Positions 1-13,679 of a DNA stretch of 64,000 nucleotides are shown here, piece after piece; the stretch's first letter is position 1; the number at the start of each line of letters is the position of its first letter. The stretch is from the human T2T-CHM13v2.0 reference genome, Homo sapiens. The translations under genes and the position numbers were made by a program. Under the pieces are notes generated by a model that ran no database searches, was not told the origin of the DNA, and was given only the letters and a program-made list of their open reading frames with translations. Location of the stretch: assembly GCF_009914755.1 (NCBI RefSeq), contig NC_060944.1; one strand, written 5' to 3'.

Positions 1-190
1 AAAGGATAATAATAGCTAACACTCATAACTTACATGCTTATCATGTATATTTACCTGCATATGCCCAAAATTATATATTTACCTATATATGCCCAAAACT
101 CTTCTAAGCACTTTATATTCATTAAGCCATTTATTAAGTAAACTAAGCACAAGGATTAACAGCCTGAGTATTTTACTCTGAGATATCTGA
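1..190 (-). mobile_element. MIR fragment containing a 28-bp-period tandem duplication (46-98)
   Basis: MIR-like 'ataataatagctaac...ttctaagcactttata' wording; 'tatatttacct..atatgcccaaaa' occurs twice. Confidence 0.55.
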
Positions 191-194
191 GTTT

Positions 195-1620
195 AGATTT
201 TCTAGCTGAAACAGTGGAATGAGGACCTTGGCAAACCCTCTTCCCTATAAAATAATAAAAATACAAGCAAAAAAAAAATCACATACAATCATTTCTTTAA
301 AACAGTGAGTCTGTGTCATTTTCACTTGGGACTATTCCCATCCCACCGCCATTCCCAGCTCAGTGGCCAGGTGACTATAAAATGCCTGCAGCCTGGCAGC
401 CAACAGAGAAAACTGACCTCTTTGGAGCTCCATTAAAAGCTGCAGCTCCAGAGGATAGTCAATATGTTGATCAAATTAGCTGCTCTCCAGTAAATCCCCA
501 TTCTAAGGCAGGTTGTTTTTTCTATTTGATTTGACTTGAATCTCAGATCAGATAAAAAAAAAGTACTATCCTGAGGGCATGAATGAAAACAATAGCAATC
601 TCCTGGTAACACTGTCACATAACAGCTGCCTAAGGCTGTAATTTCACTGGGGGCAAACAGAACCCTGGACAAAAATGTAAAAGGATGACTTAGAGAACTA
701 GATGACCATAGGGAACTTTAAAAAGCTCTGACATATTTCTGAGACTCTAGAAGGGATGTGTGCCTGTGCAGGGTTATGCACATGAGTAGGGCGTGCCCAG
801 GAAAGACCTGGGAAAGGTGAAAGCTCCAAACACTCAGCTCTTATTGACCTTGAAGTCATGCATAAGCAGGAGGTGAAAGCTAAAGCCGACTCCTATGCTG
901 CCTGAAGATTGAAGGTGTGTCTTTGCATAGAGAGCTCCATGACTCCAGGCAGTTAAGGAAACCTGACAGATCAGTGGCTAATCCCTAAGTGTACTGACCC
1001 AGGAGTGAACTCTAACCCAGTCTTAAAACTGAAAATAACACTTAAATTAAACAAACAAACAAAAAATGCTAGTAAGGAAGTCATGGGCTGCATACTGCAG
1101 GGAATATAGAATCTAGAGGATTCCTCTAGGAAAGCTGATGACAAATAAGTAACAACAACAAAATGCAAAGTGGAAACAACCATTTTGTTAAGTGGGGTGA
1201 GGGGCAAAGGAGAGAAGTCTGATACCAGAGTTGCTACTATGTTATCTACAATGTCTCAATTTCAGCAACAAATTATGAGACATGCAAAGAAAGAGGAAGG
1301 TATGGCCCATATAAAAGAAGACAAGCAGCCAATAGAAAATGTCCCCAAGTAATTCAGATGTTGGCTTAACAGTTAAGGACTTTTTAAGTTAGCTAGTATA
1401 AATATAGTCAAAGAGCTAAATTATGTCTAAACAATTAAAGAAAATTTTGATGATGTTTCATTGAATAGAGATAGGATTATAGAAAGAATTCAAAAAATTC
1501 TTGAGTGGGGAAGTTCAATAATTGAAATGAAATATTGACTGGAGAGGCTCAACAGCAAATTTGACCTGGCAGAAGAATCAGTGAACATGAAGATTGGCCA
1601 GTTGAGATTATCCAGGTTGA
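195..1620 (+). mobile_element. Old L1M 5'UTR/ORF1 remnant
   Basis: L1M ORF1-type text ('aattatgagacatgcaaagaaagaggaa', 'ggctcaacagcaaatttgacctggcagaagaatcagtgaac'); no intact ORF. Confidence 0.7.
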
Positions 1621-2550
1621 GAAAAACAGTTTGGCAGTTCCTCAAAACTCAAACATAGAGTTATTATACGACATAACAATTTCACTCCTAGGTATAAACC
1701 CAAGTGAATTGAAAACATATATCTACAGGAAAATTTGTACATAAATGTTTATTGCACCATTATTTACAATAGCCAAAAAGTGGAAATAATCCAAATGTCC
1801 ATCAATTTATAAATTGATTTTTTAAATGTTATATATCCACACAATGGAATATTATTCAACTATTAAAAAAGTTAAGTAATGACACTGCCACCATATGGAT
1901 CAACCATATGCTTAAAAGCACTGTGCCGGCTGGGTGTGATGGCTCACGCCTGTAATCCCAGCATTTTGGGAGGCCCAGGCAGGCAAATAACGAGGTCAGG
2001 AGATCTAGACCATCCTGGCTAACACGGTGAAACCCCGTCTCTACTAAAAATACAAAGAATTAGCCGGGCGTGGTGGCAGGAACCTGTAGTCCCAGCTGCT
2101 CTGGAGGTTGAGGCAGGAGAATGGCGTGAACCCGAGAGGCGGAGATTGCGGTGAGCCGAGATCGCACCACTGCACTCCAGCCTGGGAGACAGAGTGAGAT
2201 TCCGTCTAAGAAAAACAAAACAAAACAAAAAAAACACAGTGCTAAGTGAAGAAGCCAGTCACAAAAGACCACATATGTATGATTCCATTTATATAAAATA
2301 TCCAGAATAAGCAAATCCATAGAGACAGAAGGTAGATTAGTAGTTGCCTAGGACTGGAAGGGAGGATGGAATGGGATTTATTGCTAATGGGTGTGGGGTT
2401 TCTTTTTGGGGTGATAAAAGTGTTCAAAATTAGATTTTGGTGATAGTTGCACAATTCTGTGACTACACTAGAAACCACTAACCTGTACATTTTAAATGGA
2501 AGAATTTTATGGTATGCAAATTATATTTCAATAAAGCTGCTAATAAAAAA
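1621..2550 (+). mobile_element. L1MB-like 3' end interrupted by an Alu
   Basis: 'aaacagtttggcagttcctcaaaa', 'gtgaagaagccagtcacaaaagaccacatatgtatgattccattt', ends 'tatttcaataaagctg'. Confidence 0.85.
1928..2234 (+). mobile_element. AluY/Sc-type element
   Basis: Full dimer, 'gagaatggcgtgaaccc' diagnostic, (CAAAA)n tail, imperfect TSD aaaagcactgtgc/aaaacacagtgc. Confidence 0.95.
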
Positions 2551-3265
2551 ATTCTTAACCTCTCTGAACCCAGGATCCCACATCTGTATAATATTACACT
2601 GTGTGCTGAGAATTAAATGAGATAGTGAATAAAGTGCCTGCCAAAGCCCAAGACATAGTGAGTAATTTAGATAAGGAAGTTTTCTAGCAGTTTTCCATGA
2701 AATGTAACAGGAAAAAACAGTAATATGGTGGGTTTGATTGTTTTGAACTGTAGGATCTAGTTAAAATAGAGTTACGGTTTCTTCTTAATCAAGAAAGTAT
2801 ATCCCTTTTCAGTAGATGTTAAAGACTGATATTTAGCCAAAATCATTCACAAGCTAAAATATCACTCTTCTTTTATATAAACAGTTTGCTTTCAGATGAA
2901 CAGATTTCTTCAGGAATTTGAAGTAGTAAAATCTAGATATACGGACAAATGAGACTTCAACAAAGATTTCAAGCAAATAAATATATTGCTTTAAATTCAC
3001 GTTGCATCTACAAGATGCACTAACAATATATTTCCAGTGAGAGCTGGAGTCAAGTATTTATCTATCAAATAAATTCAGTCGAGGTCTATAAGATGTAAAA
3101 AATAGTAATGTGTATTAAGAATCTCCAAAAGTATGTGTAGTTGAATACATTCCCCATAATTTCATCATGGAATCCTTTTCCTCTTAAATATGCATATGTG
3201 ACCAGTGTTCTATAAAACACACTTTGGAATACTGATATGCAAATAATATATATGAAATAACTCTG

Positions 3266-4215
<950 letters not shown>

Positions 4216-4617
4216 AAGATTTATCCACCACATCTTCCCTGGCTCTAACAAAGGAAAGGAATAAGTCAGAAAGAGGAAAATGTATCAGAGAGAAACTTGA
4301 GGGCGCCTCATGATTGTAGGGGGATTGGCAGATAGGCTTAAAAAGAGAAATGCAACACCAGCAAACTTTTTAAATTCACATATGAATCTACTATGTGTTT
4401 GATAGTTATGAGGGGTGTTTCCCATCAGCCACTGTTCTAGATATTCACAATAAAAAGTTGTTTCCTACTTGTGAGATGGTCTAAATCACTGTGTTCAATA
4501 GAAATACAAGGTGAGCCACATATGCAACTTTAAATGTTTTTAATTTACTTGTAAATTTGCATGAGTAAACTTAATTTCTTTTGATACACAGTTCTATGAG
4601 TTTTCACAAGTGAACGC

Positions 4618-5093
4618 TGTATTAATTTTCTATTGATTCCAGAACAAAATGCCAGTTTAGTGACTTCAGGAAAACAAATATAGTACCTGAAGGCTCTGTA
4701 AGTCAGAGTCTGGTAGGATTCTCACTGGGCTAATATCAAGTTGAGGTCAGAGCTGTCTTCCTTTATGGAAGCTCAGGAGATAATTGTTTCCTTGACTTTT
4801 TCCATCTCCTAGAGGCTGACCACATTCCTTGGCTTGTGGTTGCCTTGCAAAGGCAAGCTAAGTCCTTTTCAAATCTCCTCTTTTTCCATCTCCCTTTTTC
4901 ACCTTTAAAGATACTTGTGATGATACAGGGCCTACCTGGATAATCCAGGATAATCTCTCTATTTGAAGGTACACTGATTAGAAACCTTAATCCATAACCT
5001 TAATTTCCCTTTGTCATGTGACCTAACATATTTACTGGTTCTGGGGATTCAAATATGAACATCATTGTCAAGGGCCATTATTCTGTGTATCAC
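4618..5093 (-). mobile_element. MLT1-type MaLR LTR
   Basis: 'tgtattaattttctattg', 'ctagaggctgaccacattccttggcttgtgg', 'ggataatccaggataatctc', 'gggccattattctg'. Confidence 0.75.
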
Positions 5094-6502
5094 AAGGGCA
5101 TGAAGTCATGTAAACTCCATCATGGTCAAGACAATAAACAGTTTCATCTTCCTCAAAAATTCTCTCTTCCTCCTACTTTGTGCTCAAATGCTCCCCCACC
5201 CTAACCTCTGCAAACACTGATGCATTATCGATTCCTTTTGTATGTCCCTTCGAGATGTCATATACATGGAATCATACAGTAGTGGTCTTTTGAGTCTGGC
5301 TTCCTTAAATTAGCATAATAAAATAATTATCCATCTCACTGAAAGTTTTCAATTGTTCCTTTTTATTTCTCAGTAGTCTTTCTTTAATCCCTTCACCAGT
5401 TAAAGGACATTAGGTTGTTTTGGAAATTATGAATGAAGCTGCTTATAACTATTAGTGTACAGGTTTATGCACCAACATATTTTCATTTCTCTTGAGAAAA
5501 TACCTAGGAGTGGAATAGATGGGTCATATAGTAAGCATATAGTTAACTTTGTAAGAAACTGCCAAGCTGCTTTCCAAAGTGGCTGTACCATCTTACATTC
5601 TCGCAGGTGATCTATCTATGCCAGTTGCTCAAAATCCTCATCAGCATTTAGTATTGCTGTTTTTATTTATTATAGCCATTCTAATAGGTATGGAGTGGTA
5701 TCCAACTGTGGTTTTAATTGGTATATCTTCAATGGCTAATGATGTTGCACTTCTTTTTACGGGCTTATTTACCATCAATATATCTTCTTTAGTGAATTGT
5801 TTAAATATTTTGCACATTTTACTTTTGGCTTGTTTTCTTATTAATGAATTTTTGAGTGTTTTTCATATGTTATGAATAAATCTTTTTTTCCACTCCTTTT
5901 CCTGAGCTGTAATAAATGTTCTTTATGAGATATTCTATTTGCTATTATTTTCTTCTAGTCTGTGGCTTTTCTTTTCATTCTCTAATAGGTTCTTTCAGGG
6001 AGCTAATGTTTTAATTTTGATGAGGTTGTATTTATCTTTTTTAAAACAGATTGTGCTTCTGATGGTGTATTGGAGAACTCTTTACTTAGTCAAAGATCAC
6101 AAAGATTTTGTTTGCTTGCTTTTTTTATAGTGAATTAAATTGACTTACTTTTGAGTGTTGTATTCCTGGAATGTGCTCTACATAGTTATGAAGTATTATC
6201 TTTATCAAAATTGTTGAATTTTATTTAGAATTTTTACATGTATATTCTTGAGGAATATATGTCTATAGTTTTATTTTCTTGTGATGGCTTTGATTTTGAT
6301 ATCAAGGTTGTAGTGGTCTCAGAGAATGGATTGGGATGTATTGCCTCTTCTTCAATTTTTAGAAGAGTTTACCTGAATTGTTTTGATTTCTTACTTAAAT
6401 GCTTGACTGGATTTACCAGTAAGGACATCTGGCCCTGGATTTATCATTGTAGGGAGGCTTTTAACTACAAATTTAATTTCTTAAGTAGATAAAAGGCTGT
6501 TT

Positions 6503-6690
6503 GCGCTATCTTTTTTTTTTTTTTTTTTGAGTTAGCTTTTGTAGTTTAGGTCTTTCAAGAAATTTGTCCATTTCATATATATTTGTCCATTTCATATACG
6601 TTGGCTATCATTTTTTTGAGTTAACTTTTGTGGTTTAGGTCTTTCAAGAAATCTGTCCATTTCATATATTTGTCCATTTCACATACATTG
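6503..6690. repeat. ~90-bp tandem duplication with a nested ~19-bp repeat
   Basis: 'gctatc(t)n gagttagcttttgtagtttaggtctttcaagaaatttgtccatttcatatat..atttgtccatttcatatac.ttg' occurs twice. Confidence 0.9.
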
Positions 6691-7277
6691 TCAAATTTAC
6701 TGGCATAAAGTCACTCATCGTATTCCCTTATTATCTTTTAAATATATACAGAACGTGTAATGGTCTCATTTCTATCATTCCTGACATTGATAGATTGTGC
6801 CTTCTCTTTTTTTTCACAATCATGCTTGCTAGAGTTTTATTATTTTTATTGATCATCACAGAAGTCCAGCTTTTTGCTTCAATATTTGTCTCTACTGTGT
6901 TCCTGTTTTTTACTTCTTAGATTTCAGCATTGACTTTATTATTTCCTGTCTTCTGCTTACTTTGTTTTTAATTTGCCTTTTTTCTAGTTCCTTGAGATGC
7001 AAACTGAAGACACTGATTTGAAACCTTTCTTCTCCTCTGTTATGGGTGGTTAGTGCTATAAATTTCTTCCTAAGTACTACATTAGCAAAGTCCTGCAAAT
7101 TTTGATATGTTGTGTCATTCAGTCCAAAGTACTTTCTAATTTCTTTTTTGATTTCTGCTTTAGCTTCTGGGTTATTTTGATGTGTGGTATTTAATTTTTA
7201 GATACGTAGCAATTCTCTAGAGATATTTCTGTTATTGATTTCCAATCTATTCCATTGTGATGAATGAACATACTGAG

Positions 7278-7630
7278 TGTATTAGTCTGTTTTCATGCTG
7301 CTGATAAAGACATACCTGAGATGGGATAATTTACGAAGAAAAAGAGGTTTAATGGACCCACAGTGCCACGTGGCTGGGGAGGCCTCACAATCATGCCAGA
7401 AGGCGAAAGACACATCTTACGTGGCAGCAGGCAAAAGAGAACTTCTGCAGGGAAACACCCCCTTACAAAAGCGTTGGATCTTGTGGGATTTATTACTATC
7501 ACAACAGCACAGGAAAGACCCATCCCCATGATGCAATTATCTCCCACAGGGTCCCTCCCACAACACCTGGGAATCGTGGGAGCTACAATTCAAGATGAGA
7601 TTTCAGTGGGGACACGGCCAAACCATATCA
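7278..7630 (-). mobile_element. THE1 solo LTR (MaLR)
   Basis: tgtattagtctgttttcatgctgctgataaagacatacc...aaaccatatca; perfect 5-bp TSD ctgag (7273-7277, 7631-7635). Confidence 0.95.
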
Positions 7631-7780
7631 CTGAGTAGGACTTTAATTCTTTTAAATTTATAAGGATTTGTAGTATAATGCAGAATATCTCCTATCTTGG
7701 TAAATATTCCATTCTTTGCACCTGCAAAGAGTGTTTTGTTGAAGTCTTCAACATACTTATTGATTTTCTGACTACCTACT

Positions 7781-8256
7781 TGATGTGGTTTGAATCTGTG
7801 TTCCCATCAAATCTTACGTGGAATTGTAATCCCCAGTGTTAGAGATGGGACCTGGTGGAAGGTGATTGGCTCATATGGGTGGAATTCTCATGAATAGTTT
7901 AGCACCATGCTCTTGGTGCTGTTCTCATGAGAGCGAGTGAGTGAGTTACTGTGAGATCCGGTTGTTTAAAAGTCTGTGTGTACTTGTACCCTACAACTTC
8001 AAGTATAATAATAACAGAAAAAAAAAAGTCTGTAGCACCTCCCTTCTCACTCTTTTCCTCCTGCTCCAGCCATATGAAGATACCTGCTTTCGCTTTGCCT
8101 TCCACCTGAGCAAAAGGTCCCCGAGGCCTCCCCAGAAGCAGAAGTCGCATGCTGCCTGTATAGCCTGCATAACAATGAGCCAATTAAACCTATTTTCTTT
8201 ATAAATTACCCAATCTCAGGTATTTCTTTATAGCAATGTGAAAATAGGCGAATACA
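7781..8256 (+). mobile_element. MST solo LTR (MaLR)
   Basis: tgatgtggtttgaatctgtg...ctttatagcaatgtgaaaataggcgaataca; TSD ctact/ctagt. Confidence 0.9.
7978..8023 (+). mobile_element. Extremely 5'-truncated L1PA 3' end
   Basis: 'gtgtacttgtaccctacaacttcaagtataataataa'+A tail resembles the L1PA terminus; TSD aaaagtctgt (7968-7977, 8024-8033). Confidence 0.8.
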
Positions 8257-9719
8257 CTAGTCTATCAGTTATTAAAGTGGAAATACTAAAATATAGGCTA
8301 TAGTTGTGGATTTGCCAATTTTTTTCTTGCAGTTCTATCAGGTTTTTTTTAAATGCATGTTGAAGCTCTATCATTTTTTTTTTTTAGTTCTCGAATTTCC
8401 ATTTGGTAGTTTTTTACTTATGTCTTTGCTGAGAGCTTCTATCTTTCAAGAGCATTAACTTTATCTCACAGAAGATGGTTATAATAGTTGCATTAAAGTC
8501 TTTGACAGACTATTCCAAGGCTTAGGTCATCTTATGTTTGGCATCTATTTACTGTCTTTTGCCTTGAAGACAGTAAATTTTTCAGATTTTTCTCATTCTT
8601 ATTATGTCACATAATTTTGGATTGTATCCAGAACATTTTAGTTTCATCTTGCAAGTTTGTAGGTCCTGTTATAATCTAAAAAATGTTAATTTTTTTTAGT
8701 AACTGATAATTAACATGATTAGCTTCAGACTGTCAAGAAGTTTCACCTTCAGTGATGGTGGTCCCAATGTCAATTCTGTTTTCAAAGTCTTTACTGTGCT
8801 CTTTGGGCCAGGCTGATGCACGCTGCACTTGGAGAAGAGCCTGAAATTTGAGTCATAGTTTATATTGTAGTTCAGCCCTCACAATCTTTGCTATGCCTTG
8901 GTGTTGTTCCACACATACTTAGCTCAGGGTGAGTCCAAGAGTTATGTCATTACATACCCGAAATTTGGAATTCTATTTCTTCAGCTCTTTCATCTCTGAA
9001 TTTTCTCCCACATGTTCCCATAATCAATGACCTTTTTCCCCTGGTATCTCTAGCCAGAAAGATTGAATCTTCTTAGATGTTTAGCCTCTCACAACGTCAT
9101 GTACTTTTGAGTAAATAGGGTTACTTTAAGGTTAAGTGGAAAAAGAAAAGAGAATGAGAAAAATGGCATGGATTGTACACACTCTGGACAATAGGAGCTT
9201 CTTTTTAGCTCCTCTGGCTAGAAAGACAAGCCTTCTGCCATGGTTTTAGGTTTTTCTTCACTGCCAGACATCTATGCAGCTCAGTTACTGAGCTGCTCTG
9301 GGCAGGGTCTGGAGGTAAATGATTTAAAAAAGGAGATGGGGGATTCTCCCCACATTCTCCAGCATACAGAGGTCCTTTTTACTTGTCTTTAGTCAAAAAG
9401 AAGGGATTCTTCCCTAAAGCATTTGCTTTCAGCACCTGCTGTGCAGTTCTAGGACTTAAACCCCCTCTTGAGACAATGCTGACAGACAAAGAAAACAACA
9501 ACACGAAACTCACCTGCCATATCCCACCCCTCTGCTCTACCCCTTTTGGGTCATTACTCATGTTTTGACATCAATCTTCAACCCACTTGCTGTGGTTACT
9601 TTGCAGAGATCTTGGGCAGTTCTATTCACATTCTGCCCAGATTTTTTAGTTGTAATCAGTAGGAGAGACAGACTACACTAGACTTGTTCCTTAGCCAGCC
9701 AACATATATAATTTCAACG

Positions 9720-9938
9720 AGTTGGCTTCTCTCTTACTGGCTATCTCACCATGTGACAGGTCTGCTCCCCATCACCTTTTGCCATGATTGGAAGTTTCCT
9801 GAGGCCCCACAAGAAGCAGATGCCAGCACTATGCTTCATGTACAGTCTACAGAACTGTGAGCCAAAATAAATCTTTTTTCTTTATAAATTACCTAACCTT
9901 AGGTATTCCTTTATAGCAATGCAAAATGAACTAACACA
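9720..9938 (+). mobile_element. MST LTR 3' half
   Basis: 'gccatgattggaagtttcctgaggcc...ctttatagcaatgcaaaatgaactaacaca'. Confidence 0.8.
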
Positions 9939-10147
9939 AGTACACAGTATATATCCTATATGAAAGTTTTGTTTCTACATTTCTGTCCCTGTAACATCAT
10001 ACTTATACTTATTTCAAGGTCTTCCTCATCAAAGGGGATATGCTATTATGGTACTAGCCACAAATATTTATTTATTTTTGCAGTGCCTTATACCATGTAA
10101 GCCACTTCTGAAGGGATAAACTAGAGAAATGACTTCTGTGGTGCCAG

Positions 10148-10229
10148 TCTCGACCTCCTGACCTCATGATCCTCCCACCTCAGCCTCCCAAAGTGTTGGG
10201 ATTACAGGCATGAGCCACCGCGCCCGGCC
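10148..10229 (-). mobile_element. Alu left-arm 5' fragment without tail
   Basis: 'tctcgacctcctgacctcatgatcc...gagccaccgcgcccggcc' only. Confidence 0.9.
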
Positions 10230-10624
10230 AAGTATCTTATTTCTTTTTCTATTTGATAGCTAATCGTCAAGAATCATTTTGGAATGCTTCTTGGCAAATC
10301 TGTATGGGATGATGGCCATAAAATGAGATCTAAAACTGAGCTGCATTTGAATAAGAACTTAGCCTCTGTATTAATCCTCTCCTCACCCGCTAAGCATCTC
10401 TTACTTGGGTATGACAATCACTTTAAATTCCACAAAGCAAGGAAACTTAGAAGCAAACAGGCCCTTCTCCAGGATTTGGTAAGTATCTAGTCCTGAGCTT
10501 AAGTGGGGCCCCACCATGAATAGGGGACCAGTTTACAAAACATATACATAATAGGATCTCAATAATTATTTCTTTGAATAAGAAAAATATGCTATGTTTG
10601 CTATCACTATTCACAGACCAATTC

Positions 10625-10929
10625 TTTTTTTTTTTTTTTTTTTTTTTGAGACAGGGTCTCACTCTGTCAGCCAGGCTGGAGTACAGTGGTGCAATCTTGG
10701 CTCACTGCAACCTCCGCATACCAGGTTTGAGCAATTCTTGTGCCTCAGCCTCCCAAGTAGCTGGGATTACAGGGACACACCCTCACACCCAGCTAATTTG
10801 TGTATTTTTAGTAGAGACGGCATTTCACCATGTTTCCCAGGCTGGTCTCGAACTCCTGGCCTCAAGTGATCCACCCGCCTTGGCCTCCCAAAGTGCTGGG
10901 ATTACAGATGTGAGCCACCATGGGCAGCC
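10625..10929 (-). mobile_element. AluS
   Basis: Full dimer, poly-T, TSD ca(c/t)agaccaatt. Confidence 0.95.
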
Positions 10930-11264
10930 CATAGACCAATTATTTAAAAATCATGTAGGCATTCTCTTAACCAGAGAATGTAGGTTTCAATATCCTGCTA
11001 TTCTATAACACAGAAAGTTTCCTGAATTTCTGGAATATGTAATACCTTCACCTCCGAGGTTTAAGAAACTACATGAAGATTCCATCCTTAAATTATAAAT
11101 GTACAGTTTTCATGGTAATCTTCCTGGTATTTTTAAGCAATAATAAAATACTTCCAGAAAAAAATAATACGGTCCAGGTATGAATACTGCTCTGAAGAAA
11201 GAAGAAATTGGCAATCTTAAAAGCGGAAGAGCTCCTATATATCTAAAACACTAAAATCTTCCAA

Positions 11265-11730
11265 CTGACAATAACACTAATATGTGAGTTCAAGTGGTTT
11301 ATTTGGAGGCAATCCCAGGAAACATTAGTAGGAGAGCAGCAGGAAGACAGAGCAAGGAGGAAAGGCAATCTTTTGTGTATTAATAGGCAGCTTATCACAT
11401 GAGCAGCTAGAGCTCCATCCAACTGGGGACCTTTGGAAGAGAGTGTAGAACACATCTTATTCAGAGTTGTCTCACTTGCGGGGTGAAGGTTGAAGACTGC
11501 TCCTTGGACAATGCCTTCTCCATTTCCTCATACTTCACCTGCCTGTGATTGGGCCAAGCCTGGTTCCCATTGCCCAAGAAAGCTCTCAGGAAGATGCTCA
11601 AGTGCTTGCAGTAAGAAGCAATCAGCTTGCAGGGGATGGTGAGGGCCACTAGCTTCGCCTCTGTCCTCTTTGTTTTTCAGTGTAGATGATAATTGCAGGA
11701 GACTGATGTAGTCCTCAGCACAGGCCACGA
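11265..11730 (-). mobile_element. LTR16-like ERVL LTR
   Basis: 'tcaagtggtttatttggaggcaatcccaggaaac..gtagg' opening typical of antisense LTR16. Confidence 0.55.
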
Positions 11731-11765
11731 AGAGACTGTTAGAAGGAAAGTGGAGGAAGATTGAT

Positions 11766-11827
11766 TATTCTGATGACTCTTCACCATGTAATCTTGTATT
11801 CTGATGACTCTTCACCATGTAATCTTG
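11766..11827. repeat. Perfect 31-bp tandem duplication
   Basis: tattctgatgactcttcaccatgtaatcttg x2, no mismatches. Confidence 0.97.
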
Positions 11828-12600
11828 TTGAGTATAAAGTCAACCCTGAAGAATGAAATCACATCTTTCCTGTTTTGATATATGCATTGCCAATAACTAA
11901 CACAGCTAACTAAAAGTTATTTTCTCTCCTTTTTTCCTTTGTCACTGGATATTTTTACTGTGTTTTGGTCGCTTAAGAGTATCATTTACAACATGTCTAT
12001 TCTAAGTCAAGCAAGAAAAAGAGCAGTTTGTTCAATCTTTTATCTCCACTATATTGGTTTAAAGGATCATCTCTCTCTACACCCTACAGTTGCCTTTAGT
12101 TCTACATTTATTGGAAGCAACCAACCCCAGTGGTGGCCTATTTAACACCAGCACAAAACCTAGAAGGTTTAATTGAAAGCACTGGCATTCAAGCTGTGCT
12201 TAGTAGCTTTCAGAAAAAAACTATGTATTTAAGACCGGTATTGAGTGGAACCCCATGGGTCTCAGGGCACAGAGCCCAGGGAGCAAGATCTGAAAGAGCT
12301 GAGAGAATGTCCAGTCATAAGTGATCACAATTGTGACTTAATCTAATAATACAGAATGAATAAATTGTTAATAGTTTAGATAAGGGACTGTCAAAATAAG
12401 ATTAAAATAGTCTTTCTCCCAATAAAAACAAAAAGATTATAGCACCAACCTATTCCTTTTTTATAGCTGATAATTATTCAAAGATACAGAGGAGATCAGC
12501 AAGGTTATTTTTTGTCACTGCACTGCTTGACAACACGTCTCAATTATTACCCATTGTTCAGGATTAATGTCATTTTTCTCCCTATAATACATACAGTTAG

Positions 12601-12956
<356 letters not shown>

Positions 12957-13679
12957 CAGAAATGTTTATATAATTATAACTTCAGTGTTTAGAAAGCCCA
13001 TGTCAGAATTGTTAACGAGATATTATGCATTAAAAAATTAAAGTAAATGTACCAAATAAAAGCTTCATGAAATAGGTAGAGAGGTATCACCATGTCCTCA
13101 TTAAGTAAACTAGAAATTGTTCTGTATTGGTATTTTATTTTCAGGCTAATGTTTTACCAAATTGCTTTTTTTTTTTGAGGCACTTTATATTTAAATGTGT
13201 TTTTATATATGTGTTTATATAGGTTTTATATGTGTGTGTATGTGTATTAACCATTCTTCCTCAAAATAATTCTCCAGAGAGATTACAAATACAACTAATT
13301 GGTCACTACTTTTCTGAACTCCACAGTCCACATATAAATCTGCCAAAACTTCTTAGTGAGTAAATAAACCATTCAAATAAAAAAAGACTCAGATTCTCCA
13401 CAGAGACCTAGTACACTACTAGGCAGACCACTGATAGATATTAAATATCAAATGAAAGATCATATGAATAGCACACTCTGTATATTCAGACACTTAGTCG
13501 TGACATTCATAAATATTTATTGAACCCCCAACTGTGTGTGCATAACTATTCGAACCCTTTTGGAGAATACCAAGAAGCATCCTACCTCCCGTCTTCATTT
13601 TTCTCCATAGCATTTATCATTTTCATGTATACTATACATTGTATTTATTTGTTTTCTTTATTGTTCTCCCCTACTAGAG

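Larger units (their letters stand above)
5095..9700 (-). mobile_element. Fragmented old L1M (3' end, ORF2 and 5' remnants) hosting THE1 and MST LTRs
   Basis: Antisense L1 phrases such as 'tacctaggagtggaat', 'gaaactgccaagctgctttccaaagtggctgtacc', 'gctataaatttcttcctaagtact'. Confidence 0.8.

Noticed and set aside
10574-11008. Alu-derived ORFs here and at 33999, 48373, 55829, 57415 and elsewhere
   Set aside because: They are standard Alu translation artefacts ([16 protein letters not shown] motifs).
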